Assembly: GCA_951406725.2 (NCBI GenBank)
Contig: OX597830.1
Location: 70,246,001 to 70,310,000 of the forward strand
DNA length: 64,000 nucleotides
Reading direction: 5' to 3'
Source of the DNA: Octopus vulgaris
Lineage: Eukaryota
In this document: positions 13,218 through 27,640 of the stretch, one piece after another
Layout: every line of letters starts with the position of its first letter
Position numbering within the stretch: the first letter of the stretch is position 1
The notes under the pieces: model-generated
Databases searched by the model: none
What the model saw: only the letters and a program-made list of their open reading frames with translations
What the model was told of the DNA's origin: nothing
Position numbers and translations under genes: made by a program

Positions 13218-13447
13218 TCTATTTATATATATATATAATATAACACACACACACACACATATAAGGAGAGAAAGAGAGAGAGAGAGAGAGAAAGAAAGAG
13301 AGAGAGAGAAAGAAAGAGAGAAAGAGAGAGAGATTGCATTCATCCTTTATATGTATATATGTGTGTTTCTGTGTGTGTGTACATATATTATTTCAAATAC
13401 GTACGTATATGAATGTATCTATGTATATATATATACATATGAATATG

Positions 13448-13503
<56 letters not shown>

Positions 13504-13524
13504 TATAGGTATGTATGCATATTG

Positions 13525-13905
13525 TTTATTACTTGTTTCAGTCTTTTGACTGCGGCTATGCTAAAGTACTGCCATAAGTCGAACAAATCAACCCCAGGAC
13601 GTATTCTTTGTAAGCCTAGTCCTTATTTTATCGGTTCCTTTTTCTGAACCACTAAGTTACAGGGAGTTAACACACCAACATCGGTTGTTAAACGACGGTA
13701 GGGGAGTAAACACGACACACAAATATATATATATATATATATTCGATGGGCTTTTCAGTTTCCGTCTAACAAATCCACTCACAAGGCCTTGGTCGGACCG
13801 AGAGGCTATAGTAGAAGACACTTGCGCAAAGTGCCACGCAATGGGACTGAACCCGGAACCATGTAGTTGGGAGACAAGCTTCTTACTACAGAGTCACTCC
13901 TACAC
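13525..13905 (-). mobile_element. Full composite SINE family B (tRNA head + CORE-like domain + internal (TA)n + tail)
   Basis: The head AGGTGTAGGAGTGACT..GTAAGAAGCTTG and CORE-like GCGTGGCACTTTGCGCAAGTGTCTTCTACTATAGCCTC are joined via a microsatellite to the tail ending ACTGAAACAAGTAA. Confidence 0.8.
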
Positions 13906-13907
13906 CT

Positions 13908-13954
<47 letters not shown>

Positions 13955-14158
13955 CATATATATATATTTATATGTATGACTGTATACAGATAAGTAAGTA
14001 TGTATAATTTACTTACATATGTCAGCGTCTATTGTCTATGTGTATGTGTATGTTTGAATATTTATATATGTGTGTGTGTGTAAGTATGTATATATGTTTG
14101 TGTGACGACTAAATCTAAGTTTATTCATAAATGAGTGAACAGTTATGTATTTAGCTAA

Positions 14159-15134
14159 ATAAATATAGGTCTACCGTCTACCGTCGGTGATTACTGGATA
14201 AACAAATCAATCATATACTTCACCAAATTTATGAAATATCTTCTAATCAACGTTTTATCAAATGATAACAATTAGGAAACATTTTTTATTATTATCTTTT
14301 ATTGAGAATCATTGATAGATGAACATTTAGAGAACTCTTAAACATCATTTCAGGTTATCAGCCTCTTCATATATTACAATTCATACTGGACTATTCCACG
14401 TATATATATATATATATACGCGCGTACGTATATATACATACATAAATACACACATTGACCCTTCCATCTACGCACAAATGCAAACACACACACGCACGCA
14501 TACACATACACACACACCGCCACATCCACCCATTCACTAACTTGTCACTATAGATTCTGACCAATCAGACCGACATTAACACACATGCACACAGCTCCCA
14601 CCACACGCACAGAGATCCTACCACACACACACACACACAAACTACTCGCACAAACACAGACACACACAGAGTTAATAGCACATACATGCACACACGCTAC
14701 CACGCATATACACACACACACACACACACGCAGTTACTACCATACATACACACCCTACCGCACACACACACACACACTACCACATGCACACACAGACATA
14801 CCGATCATTTTCACACTATCCTGTCCCAGAAATCACTTTCTGCTTCTCCTTCGTTATTGTTGTTGTTATCCGGTCACTTCAGAAATGTAACCACACGTGG
14901 ATTATTGGCGATTTTTTTTCTCCTCTTCCTTCTTCCCTTTGGAAATCCTGTTTTTCCTGTTTTCGAAGAAGAGCTAAGCTCGAAACGTAAAACAAGTACT
15001 CTTTTCCTTCTCCGAGCGTCGTTTTAATCCATTGTTTCTGCTACGTCCCCTTTTTGATTTTTTGTTTCTTCTATTCCTTTTCCTCTGTTTTTTTTTACAA
15101 ATTATTATATGGTAGACGGTAGACCTATATTTAT
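14159..15134. mobile_element. ~975-bp segment bounded by a perfect 24-bp inverted repeat and containing a hammerhead motif
   Basis: ATAAATATAGGTCTACCGTCTACC at 14159-14182 and its reverse complement GGTAGACGGTAGACCTATATTTAT at 15111-15134. Confidence 0.55.
14958..14994 (+). ncRNA. Minimal type I hammerhead ribozyme-like motif (variant core)
   Basis: TGTTT-TCGAAGA-A-GAGC taa GCTC-GAA-ACGT-A-AAACA: helix I, helix II, palindromic helix III ACGT and a GUA cleavage triplet. The core deviates from CUGANGA at two positions. Confidence 0.6.
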
Positions 15135-15267
15135 GTATACATATATGCATAAATACATATCTATCTATCTATACACACACACGCACATACACACACACGC
15201 ACACACACACATATTGACAAAACTCATGTGACGACAGTAGACCTCAATATTGCTGGAAATTAAGGAC

Positions 15268-15420
15268 CATATTTATTGAATGATACAATTATGGAGGCTC
15301 CCATAGGACTTCAAGTTTCTGTGTAAGATCCAGTGATCTTTGCACTTCAGCTCGTATCGTTGATGCAGAAACTTTAAGTCCTATTTGTGAGTCTCTATAA
15401 CTGTAATACTTAATACATGC
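15268..15420. mobile_element. Fold-back element; a second partial copy lies at 42319-42374
   Basis: ATAGGACTTCAAGTTTCTG / CAGAAACTTTAAGTCCTAT plus outer imperfect arms. Confidence 0.7.
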
Positions 15421-15782
15421 ATAGGTGCGTACATACATAAATTCATACATACATATATACATGTGCATGCATAATATACCTCCACCTCTACCACAACGAG
15501 AGAAAATACTTCGGGCGGCGGATTGGTGGAAGTGTAACAATGTCTGATGTGATGTGTTTAGATGCTTGTTCTAGATCTTTGATTTCTTTCATCAAATCCA
15601 GTCATGTCATACACATGTGGCGAGACTTAGTCCATCTCTTGGTTTAACACCACAACCTGGAAACTTGACTGACTTTAGCAGGGTCGACTTTATTGCAAGC
15701 ATCGGATCAAACGTTCGGTATCTGGATACGTTGCTAACTCCCTCCCATCAGCGTTAGAAGCCATGTAAAGTGTTATGGACAC

Positions 15783-16151
15783 AAATTTTGGCACAATGTT
15801 AATAATTTGGGGGGAGGGGGTAAGTTGATTACATCGGCCTCAGCGCCCACCTGGTACTTAATTTGTCAACCCCTAAAGAATGATAGGCAAAGTTGACATC
15901 GGCAGAAACGGAACTCAGAACGTGAAACGGACAAAATACCGATAAGCATTTCGTGCGGCGTGCTTAACATTTCTACCAGCTTGTCTCCTTAATACTAATA
16001 ATGATCATTTCTACGAAGGGCACAAGGCCAGAAATTTGGGAAGAGGGGGAACAATCGATTTCATCGACCTCGGCGGAGTTTGAACTCACAACGTAACGGC
16101 AGACGAAATACCGCTAAGCTGTGCTAACGATTCTGCCAGCTCTCCGCCTTC
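15783..16151 (-). mobile_element. Two degenerate SINE family C copies
   Basis: CTGGTACTTAATTT.TC.ACCC, GAACTCA.AACGT..CGG.A.A..AAATACCG.TAAGC and TTCTGCCAGCT.CGCC, as in 19423-19657. Confidence 0.8.
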
Positions 16152-16231
<80 letters not shown>

Positions 16232-16757
16232 GTTGATGATGATGATGACAATAATATTTAAAAATGTTGACACAAGACCAGCAATTTCAAGGGAAGGGTA
16301 AGTCGATTGTGCCAGCTCACCGCCTTAAATCAGCATCAACATATTGGTATAGTCAACACCACAACCACCACAACAACTACGACGACGACCACCACCAAAC
16401 CACCACCACCACCACCACCACCATCACTATCACCACCAAAAACAAAAAGATCACCAACGCCATCATCACACTACCACCACCACCACCACCGCCGCCGCCG
16501 CCGCCGCCACTACCAAGGTCACCTCTTTGTCGTCCTCACCGTTGTCCTTTCTCCCCCATCCTCCTCCACCCCCATTCCCACCCCCACCATCGTCACCAGT
16601 ATTATGGTCTTATTGATGTATTCCGTTGGATCAAGCTGGAGAGCAAAGTTGGCTGTTCTTTCAACGTTATTCTCTGGAAGTTAAAGGTGATGACACGAAG
16701 ATTTCCCTTACGAAGAAATACGGAGGAGAAAGAATCAATACAAAAAACACACATACA

Positions 16758-16880
<123 letters not shown>

Positions 16881-16885
16881 ATACG

Positions 16886-16956
<71 letters not shown>

Positions 16957-17076
16957 ACATATATACATATATATATATATATACATATATATACATACAT
17001 ACATATATATATATATATATGTATATGTGTATATATATGTATATACCTATATATATATATATGTATGTATATGCAC

Positions 17077-17116
<40 letters not shown>

Positions 17117-17656
17117 CAAACCTCATCAAAACGACGTATAATGCTGGGTGAAGTGACCGGTAAATGTCGGGAGATGGATAACAACAACAACAATAACGAC
17201 ATTGCCGACGACGATAGCAATAACAACAACAACAACAACAACAATAACAACAATAGCTATAGGAGAAACAAGTTCTTTATAAATACTATTAAAGTGATCA
17301 ATACACAAAGTCAATATAGTGACTGATACGACTTGATCACTGTTCGATAACTTCTTTTTCTTCTTCGTCTCCACACCCCCCACCAGTCCGCTTCTGGTTT
17401 TCTTTTAATGTGTGTTTTCATTATTCTTTATTATTATTATCCTTTTTTTATATATATATATTTTTATCACCGTTGTCTTTTTTGTTTTCTTTTCGTAATC
17501 AATGTTGATTGTTTTTAGAATTATTGTTGCTGTTGTTGTTGTTGCTGCTGTCTTTTTTTCTTTTTGAGAATGACACACATAGATATACATACACACATAT
17601 GAATACACACACACATATATAAATATAAATATAAATATAAATATGCATATATATAC

Positions 17657-17710
<54 letters not shown>

Positions 17711-17726
17711 ATATATATACATATAT

Positions 17727-17787
<61 letters not shown>

Positions 17788-18825
17788 AGCAAATATACAT
17801 GCACACATACACATACATTCACAAATAGGAATATCTTGATAATGGACAACTATCGACGACGTAGAAGTAAACAGCTAAATGATATAGCAAACAAAACATA
17901 AACAATACAAAAATACGGAATGATGGTCGTGGCCGGACCGACCGCCTTTGAGTTGGATGTCTGATCAGGGCTGGCTTGGGCATTGAGCGACAACGTTCAC
18001 ATACACACGCATGCCCACAGAGCGTGTGAGTGCTTGTGTGTGACTATCTATTCATGCATGACTTTACAATCCTCAAACTGTGTGTTTTGTATGTTTGTTG
18101 GTCCGCCTACCAATAACTTTTGTATGAAGGAATACACGACGTTTATTTCGTTGTATCTTTTCGAATCTATTGCCATTATAGAAAGAGCAGGTATCTGGTC
18201 GGGAAACAACGCCCTTTCATTGGAATTTAGATATGATGTATGAATGACCCCCGTTTTTATTTATCTATAAGATCTCTTCCTAGGCAGAAGAACTGGTGAA
18301 AATGAGTAATACCTCTCATTTTTGGGGGGTTTTTACTATTCCGCCTGAGCTGAGATAGTAAAAACGTTAATTATTACATGCCAAGCTTTTGAAAATACTT
18401 GCATATTTTTACTGTTCCATTCAGAAATTGTACCTGTAAAGTGTGAGTGAGCTGGTCTTTTTCTTTGCTTCTAGCCTTTAGCTTCTCAAGATTCTCACGT
18501 AGATATTTAATAGTATAGCCGAGTACACTTATGTATAAAGTGAATTTGCAATCTGAGTAGGGAGCTGTTGTCCATAGGTATTGATTTATTATCTTCGCTG
18601 ATTTTAAAACAGGTGTTCTCATCTATCTGCAGGACAGCTAGTATCCACGTGTGTATATAAGTATGCATGTATGTATGTATGTATGTATGTATGTATGTAT
18701 GTATGTATGTATGTATGTATGTATGTATGTATGTATGTATGTATGTTCTTATTCACTCAATACACTTCCAGGTATTTGTGAATACATGGGAGAATAAGTG
18801 TATATCACAATGGGGAATATTTAGT

Positions 18826-19400
18826 GAGGTAGCAGAATTGTTATACCTCCGGCTCTTAACATTCTGAGTTCAAATCCCACCGTAGTCAACTTTGCCTTTC
18901 ATCCCTCAGGTTCGATAATATACAGTTCCAGTCTAGCACTGAGTTTAATGTTATCGATCGACCATGCCTTCTCCTAAAACATTTTGACCTTGTACGAAAT
19001 CAGAAGCAATATTTTGTGCGTGTGGCAGAATCGTTTGCACGCCGGACAAAATGCTTCACGTCATTTTGTCCGTTCTTACGTTCTGAATTGAAATACCACC
19101 GAGGTCGACTTTCCCGTTCATCCTTTCAGCATTGATAAAATAAGTACAAGTTAAACACTTGGATTGATGAAATCGACTGGTACCGTCCCCTAATATTGCA
19201 GATATTGTGCCAAAATTTGGGACCAATATGACGTATATGTGTGGACTACATTTTTTTCTGGCTCTTAAAATTCTGTGTTCAAATCACTCCGAGGTAACTT
19301 TGCGTTTCATCCTGTCGGGATCGATAAAGAAAACCATCAATCTAACAGTGAAGTAGATGGTATTGATTAAATCCATACCCTGAAATCTGAAAGCCTATAT
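18826..19400 (+). mobile_element. Three tandem degenerate SINE family C copies
   Basis: The block TTCTGAGTTCAAAT...ACTTTGCCTTTCATCC...TCGATAAA is repeated three times. Confidence 0.75.
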
Positions 19401-19422
19401 ATAGCTTATATAGAAAGATACA

Positions 19423-19657
19423 TACCTATTTCTTTACTACCCACAAGGGGCCAAATACAGAGAGAACAAACAAGGACAGACAAACGGATTAAGTCGATTA
19501 TATCGACCCTAGTGCGTAACTGGTACTTAATTTATCGACCCCGAAAGGATGAAAGGCAAAGTCGACCTCGGCGGAATTTGAACTCAGAACGTAGCGGCAG
19601 ACGAAATACCGCCAAGCATTTCGCCCGGCGTGCTAACGATTCTGCCAGCTCGCCGCC
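19423..19657 (-). mobile_element. Full-length young SINE family C (tRNA head, Meta-like central domain)
   Basis: Nearly identical to 28736-28966. The central GTCGACTTTGCCTTTCATCCTTTCGGGGTCGATAAATTAAGTACCAG resembles the MetaSINE domain (from recall). Confidence 0.9.
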
Positions 19658-20280
19658 CTTTGTACGTAAGTGTTGATGTACATGCGCTTGCGTAATGTGT
19701 ATGCGTATATCTCGTTCGTATATGAGTATGCGTTTGCGATGATTACGCTATATGTATAGCGGATGGGTGTGTTTGTCTACGTGCGCGCACATGTGTGTCG
19801 TATGTGCGAGTACACGTGACTGTGTATATGTGTCTATCCCCAAAGACTCAAACGAAGAATGAAGAATCTTTGGAAATGTTCTGCAAGTCTTCACTCTACT
19901 TCTAAGTGATTGGTTTTCTCTGGTGCCAGTTAGCGTTGTTCTTTCTTGGAATACTCCAGTATTTCCAGACCTTTGTGTGAATCTATTGTTGTATAGCCCA
20001 TTGCACCTATGATGTATATGCAAATGCGTATGATATATGTATGTATACCTATTTATCTAACCTGACTGTCTTTCTAGCCCTCTTTGTCTCTCTCTGTGTA
20101 TATATACAAGTGAGTGTGTGTGTGTGTGGGTGGGTGCACTCATGTATGTGTGTCTATGTATGTACATATGTATATATGTATATACATACACACACACATA
20201 TATATATTCATATATACTTACCTATCTTCTACCTATATATTTACATATCCTGATTATATACCTCCCTACATATCTATCTG

Positions 20281-20334
<54 letters not shown>

Positions 20335-20616
20335 AATATATCTACTTATCTGTCTCAGTGTCTGACTGTCTGTCTGACCGTTTATTGATAGTCTGTGCCA
20401 TCTTATGTATACATTTTTATATGAATATTTATATACATATATCAATACAAATACGCACCTACACAATCACGCACAAATATATATCACAAAGCTCACACAC
20501 ACACACACACATACACATACACTCACGCACACATATATACACATCTACATATATAAACATACTATGTATGTAGGTAACTATGTATGTAGGTAACTATGTA
20601 CTTATATATCTTTGCC

Positions 20617-20688
<72 letters not shown>

Positions 20689-20781
20689 CATAGTTGCATA
20701 AATGTATGTATACATATATTTCTCTCTCCCGTTCTAAGTCTATCTATCTATGTGTGTGCACGCGCACGTGTGTGCATGTGT

Positions 20782-20871
<90 letters not shown>

Positions 20872-21499
20872 TTGTGTGTGTTCGCGTGAAGCAGGGTCAA
20901 TCTGGTGACGATAAGAGAAGACTCTATGCAATCTACAATAGAGAGGAGAACAGTTTGTTGTCCACGCGGTTCACAATTCAAATAATGATGAGGTGATGGA
21001 TTGGTCGAGGTTGGTCGATTCTTCTGACCTCGCTGTCAATTGAATATTCTTTAACAAAACTTCTTTCTTTGAAGGTACACTAATGGTGTTGTATATGGCT
21101 CAACTAAAGCAAATATCAGAGCAGAAATACCGCCAGAACGGACACAATCAAAACTGGCGTGTACACGTGGACAGGAATTAGCTATTGATTCGCGCAACGG
21201 TCTTTTGTATGGCTTTACACACGCACATGTGCGCGCACATGCATACACATATGTACGCTACATACGCACATGTGCGCGCGCACATATGCACATACGCACG
21301 CCTATGTACATGCGTGGATACACGTAGACACACACACACACACACACACACATATATCTAGAAAGTGGTAAGAAGCAAATTCTAGAGCACGCACTCAAAA
21401 ATACACATGCGTACAAATATATGCGAATACAGATTGACGTCTATACACACACACATACAATCACACATACAGAGATACACACCACTGCACACAGACACG

Positions 21500-21535
<36 letters not shown>

Positions 21536-21763
21536 GCGAATCCTAAAAAGAAGCAATAACCCAGTTCATAGACATGCATCAAACACATGCTAACACGTAC
21601 TAACACACGCATACACACACATACACACACGAACACACACACATACGTACACACACACATGTTCAAATGCACGCACGCACGCGCGTACTCTAATAAACGC
21701 GTACATAAGAACACAGAAAAAAACAATTCACACATACACACGCGCGCGTACAGATGCAGATAC

Positions 21764-21813
<50 letters not shown>

Positions 21814-22056
21814 TCACTATACATGCACATGTATGCATACGTACGGGTAATCATAACACGATAGATTTTATGTAGACAACACACGTATCTTACACGCATA
21901 TATGTATATATACATACACAATACACACACACACACACACACATATATATATGTATGTATGTATGTTTGTATATACATACATTCATGGAGACATAGGTCC
22001 GCATATATACATATAGAAATAGAAATAAGGAGAACTAACACGTCTAATATGGACAT

Positions 22057-22337
22057 AGGCGTAGGAATGGCTGTGTGGTAAGTAGCTTGCTTACGAACCA
22101 CATGGTTCCGGGTTCAGACACCCAGAACGTAACGGCAGACGAAATACCACTAAGCATTTCGCCCGGCGTGCTAACGATTCTTATCTTTTATTGCCCACAA
22201 GGTGCTAAATATAGAGGGGACAAACAAGGACAGACAAAGAGATTAAGTCGATAAGATGGACCCCAGAACGTAACGGCAGACGAAATACTGCTAAGCATTT
22301 CGCCCGGCGCGCTAACGTTTCTGCCAGCTCGCCGCCC
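22057..22337. mobile_element. Family B SINE head (+, 22057-22117) fused to internally deleted, partly duplicated family C copies (-)
   Basis: AGGCGTAGGAATGGCTGTGTGGTAAG.AGCTTGC head, followed by CCCAGAACGTAACGGCAGACGAAATAC twice (22121, 22262). Confidence 0.8.
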
Positions 22338-22351
22338 TAATAATTGAAGCC

Positions 22352-22437
<86 letters not shown>

Positions 22438-22460
22438 CATCCTCATCATCATCATCATCA

Positions 22461-22545
<85 letters not shown>

Positions 22546-22570
22546 CATCATCATCATTATTATTATTATG
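22352..22570. repeat. (ATT)n/(ATC)n compound trinucleotide repeat
   Basis: Directly visible. Confidence 0.95.
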
Positions 22571-23107
22571 CGGTCGTTGTTGTTGTTTTCCTTATTTTGC
22601 ACCCTAGTCAGCCTCAGTCCACGAAGAATGCTTCTCTCGGATGTCATTCCATGTGTCTCATTTCTTAAAGCCAGTTGGTTGAGACTTGGGTGAAATTTCG
22701 CCTGCATTTTCTTACAAATTCAGTAAACCACATATTCGTTCCCACTTGTTATTTCGTAGAGGTTCGTTCGTTAGTCATTGCTAGTACGTTTTCTGTATAT
22801 GAAAATGTGTTACACATTTACGTATAAACCAGCTGTAGCCATACAACCCGGCTACACAGCACGCACTGATACACACGAACACTCCGGCATTTAATGATGC
22901 GATTTATTAACTAGTTGCAATAATTAATTAATTTAGTCGATTTTGTTAATCGCATAATAATATAATGCATTAATTATTCTAAATAGGAACATTAATGCAC
23001 ACATATACACAAACACTCACTTACACATACACATACAAACACATATACGTATACACACGTATATAGACAGCGATCAATAGACACGTATTTATGTGTGTGT
23101 CTCTGTA

Positions 23108-23211
<104 letters not shown>

Positions 23212-23316
23212 CTATCTGTCCGTCTGTCTGCCTGTCTGTCTAACTATGTGTCTGCCCTGACTAGCTAGCCATCTCTCTCTGTGTTTCTCTGTCTTTCTCT
23301 CCTTCTCTCTCTCTCT

Positions 23317-23372
<56 letters not shown>

Positions 23373-23581
23373 TATGCCCACACAAATACATGTATATATA
23401 TGCATATGTATACATATATACATATATACATATATATATATATAGAAAGAGAGAGAGAGAGAGAGGAGGAGAGAGGGAGCGAGAGAGGGAGAGAGAGGGG
23501 GAGAGAAAGACAGAGAAACACAGAGAGAGATGGCTAGCTAGTCAGGGCAGACAAATAGTTAGACAGACAGGCATACAGACG

Positions 23582-23590
<9 letters not shown>
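23212..23590. repeat. Inverted duplication with 91-bp arms (3 mismatches) around (TA)n
   Basis: 23212-23302 is the reverse complement of 23500-23590. Confidence 0.9.
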
Positions 23591-23679
<89 letters not shown>

Positions 23680-24724
23680 CAGACAGATAGACAGATAGAC
23701 AGATTGATGTAAACTTGTAAGTGTAAAATGGCGGAACAAAATGAGAGTATTCAATTCCAACAGTAGAGTGATATAACGTATCAGAAACAGATGCAATATG
23801 GATCATTACCCTTTCATTGCCGACCCGCAGGTATTTGAAAAATGGACGTACAATTTAATATATAATAAGACTACAGTAAAATTATTAGAATATTCTAAAG
23901 GACATTGGTTGAACGACGAGGGGCAAAGAATTAGAGTGACTTTTTGAGCTCTAGACATAAATTATAAAAAGTGGACAGTACAAATATATGTGTATATTGA
24001 AGAAATATACATACATATGTAAGTAAGAGGGAATGAAAGTAAAGTTGGCATATGCATGTGTTTGAAAATGTAAACTTGGGAGATGTTTAAGCGCTCTTAG
24101 AGTCTTGAAAATCGGAGATGATACGTACAATCATTTTACGTGTTCTTATTTGTCAATCATGTAAAATGCATATAGCGACTCGAATCACAATTTGAAGGTA
24201 TTATTAAGGAATTATTAAGGTGTATCTAAGAAAATTTGTTTTCTCCGCTCGTTTTATCTGTTGTTGTATTGAAATAATATAAATTTTTCTCGCTTAAGCA
24301 AAGTTTAGAGCGTAAAATTACCCGAGATCTGCCATGAATATTTCGGATTAATGGGACGCCACCGATCATATTTCTTTCATAATCCAAACAGACTTAGAAT
24401 GGCTTGTGGTTCGATAACTAAAGTACCAGTCGAATATTTTAGTCGTATTATTTCTCCCTCTCTCGATCGCCCCTCTCTCCTTCTTGCGCCTTGTAAAGGG
24501 TCGTAGAGATCAGGTCTCAGCGTCTTTTCAAGGGAAATTGTGAAGACTTGAAGAAGGGATTAGTAACTGCTTCTCATAAAAAAAAGCAACTCATATATAC
24601 TACTGGAATCTTCCAAGAACGGACTGATATGCTTTATGACACGGAAAGGAAATAAAAATGAATGAATGAATGAATGATGATGATGATGATGACAATGATG
24701 ATGTCGATGATGATGTCGATGATG

Positions 24725-24770
<46 letters not shown>

Positions 24771-25659
24771 TAATATCTTTGATATTAACGTGATCACCTT
24801 CCCTCTCAATGTGATAATGTTAAGAATAAAGGATATTTTATTTATGTCACACACTAGTGAATTCAGGGTCAATTGTTTGACCTTTAGTGATCACAGTTAC
24901 CTATCCATGTCCATCAATATGTTTATCATACTTCTTTCTTTCTTTCTTTTTTCTTTCTTGCTATGCCCACGGCGTGTTGGCGAAATGATTGTTGGCGGGG
25001 ACCGTGATCTAAACGCACTTTTCTTTCCCCTCTCCATCCCCTACACATAGACGATGCAAAGACATATATTTATATATTGTGAGAGAGGGGAGAGAGAGAG
25101 GGGGAGAGAGAGAGAGAAAGACAGAGAGACACAGAAAGAAAGAGGGGAAGAAATAAGAAAATCAAACCCAGTACTTGATTGGCGCTATATTTTATCGATT
25201 CTCGAAGGGATGAATTGCAAAGCTGACAGGGTTTGAACTCGGTACGCAGAAACACAGGATGAACGCCACAATGTATACTATCCAACGCTCTAAGGACACT
25301 GCCAATTCGCCTTCTTTGTTTGTGAAGGCTGAGGAATGGATGCTGTGGTTGTCGTGGTATTACCAAGTGCATTAAGGGAATAATTGAAAGAGGAATCAAA
25401 CGTATATTGCAAACCCTGTTCATTAGAATCTTATCGTGTATATATGTCAAGGGATTTCTTTCCATCTGTTGCTAATCGAAGGGATCAGAATATCAAGTAT
25501 TGGTAGTCATACATATCTGAAGAGATCGATGTGAAGAAAAGAAAAAAAAAGAAGAAAAAATGAAAAAGAAAAGATCCCCACCAGAAAACTTTCGTAAACT
25601 CAACACATCTATATATTCTGTGATGTGTGGGAAAACTTACTTATACAAGGAGAAACGCA

Positions 25660-26045
25660 TCTCTCTCTATATAAACGGCAGTTTGTCTGTGCGTTTTCTG
25701 TGTGTCTGTTTTCTCGTACCCTCACTCTGACCACGGCTTTCAACCGATTCTGATGAAACTTGACACACACATAGCCCAATGTCATAATTCAAAACTAACG
25801 CAGCGAAAATTTTGAAAAGTTCCCCCAGTTCTGAAAAAAATCGATATATTCGACATGGGGTCGAGAATCAGAAACCCAAACCACAGACCGTCTAGGGGGG
25901 CGCAACTCCACCTTTTTTAACTCTCAAAAAAAATTTACCATCATTTTTTTTTCCATTTTTTTGCTATTTTTTGGCTATAACTCTCTAAAAATGCTTTATA
26001 GTTATTTCCCTTACAAACCTGAGCAACGCCGGGCGATACTGCTAG
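25660..26045 (+). mobile_element. Non-autonomous Helitron (~386 bp)
   Basis: 5' A|TCTCTCTCTATATAAAC; 3' GC-rich hairpin CCTGAGCAACGCCGGG then CTAG|T; AT target site and no TSD. Confidence 0.85.
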
Positions 26046-26396
26046 TACAGATATAAAGAGAAACACATATACAAATCACAGATGTATGCACATATATACA
26101 CAAACACAAGTACAGAGGTAGAGGTAGAAAGAGAGAAAAGGAGAGAGAGAGAGAGAGAGAAGGCATTCACAAACAATACATGATTAAATAACCACACATG
26201 CATACAGATACAAGCATATTGACTATGTCTGTATCTGTATGCATGTGTTTGTCTATGTATGCCTTGTACATACACAATCTCATCTCTGACCACCATTTTT
26301 TTCTTACTCTTTGCCCTTCTTTATTTTAGCTTTCATGTTTTTTTTTTGCTTGTTTTCATTTATTCTTTCCGCGTCTCTTTCTTTCATTCTCTGTAT

Positions 26397-26435
<39 letters not shown>

Positions 26436-26481
26436 ATCTTTCTCTGTATTCCATTTTTTCAATCTTCCTCTTTCCTGCCTG

Positions 26482-26514
<33 letters not shown>

Positions 26515-27139
26515 CCTCATCCTCCCCTCTCCCTCTCTCTTCTAGCTTCTTTCCTCTCTCGCTCCTACATTCTCTCTCTCTCTCTTTCTAACTTTTTGTG
26601 TCCATTCTTACTTTGTCTCTGTCCCCCTCTCTTTTCCTCTCTCTCTCTCTTTCTCACTTTTTGTGTCCATTCTTCCTTTGTCTCTGTCCCCCTCTCTTTT
26701 CCTCTCTCTCTCTCCCACTTTTTCCTCTCTCACCCTCTCTTTTCCTGTCTTCCCCTTCACTTTTCCTTTCCCTGTCCCTCTCTTTTTCACTCTCACTCTT
26801 TCCCTCTCCCACCCCAACTCTGTAACATACCTCATGTTTTTCTTGATTCATTCTTCCCTCACATTCTCACTCACTCTCTCTCTCTCTCTCTCACTTCGTA
26901 TGTCTTATTTTTTTCTTTCATACTTCCTCTTTCCTTCTCACTCCCTCTCACCTTCCTCCTCTTTCATTCCTTCTCTCCATCTCTCTTACATATCTAATTT
27001 TTTTGTTTACACTATTCTTTCACGTTCTGTCTGTCTGTCTGTCTCATTGTATATCTAATCTTTTCCTGTTTTCACTCCCACCCCGTCTATCACTCATACA
27101 CACATATAACTACAGAAATACATCTATTCCTGAGGTCAC

Positions 27140-27397
27140 ATGTATGTATGTATGTGTTATGTATGTATGTATTATGTATGTATGTATGTATGTATGTATG
27201 TATGTATGTATGTATGTATGATGTATGTATGTATGATGTATGTACTATGTATATATGTATGTATGATGTATGTATGTATGATGTATGTACTATGTATATA
27301 TGTATGTATGATGTATGTATGTATGTATGTATGTATTATGTATGTATGTTTGTATGATGTATGTATGTGTGTATGATGTATGTATGTATGATATATG

Positions 27398-27431
<34 letters not shown>

Positions 27432-27640
27432 TGTATGTATGTATGTATGTATGATGTATGATTGTATGTATTATGTATGTATGTACGTATGTATGATGTA
27501 TGCATGTATGTATGATGTATATATTTATGTATGTATGATGTATGTATGTATGTATGTATGTATGATGTATGTATGTATGTATGTATGTATGTATGTATGT
27601 ATGTATGTATGTATATATGTATGTATGTATGTATGTATGC
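27140..27640. repeat. ~500-bp interrupted (ATGT)n microsatellite
   Basis: Directly visible. Confidence 0.95.

Noticed and set aside
21075-21215. Open frame after a pyrimidine-rich AG with FGF-like words (NGVVYGST, LAIDSRNGLLYG)
   Set aside because: The spacing and intervening residues do not fit the FGF core, no splice donor was found, and it runs into a CA repeat. A BLASTX would settle it.
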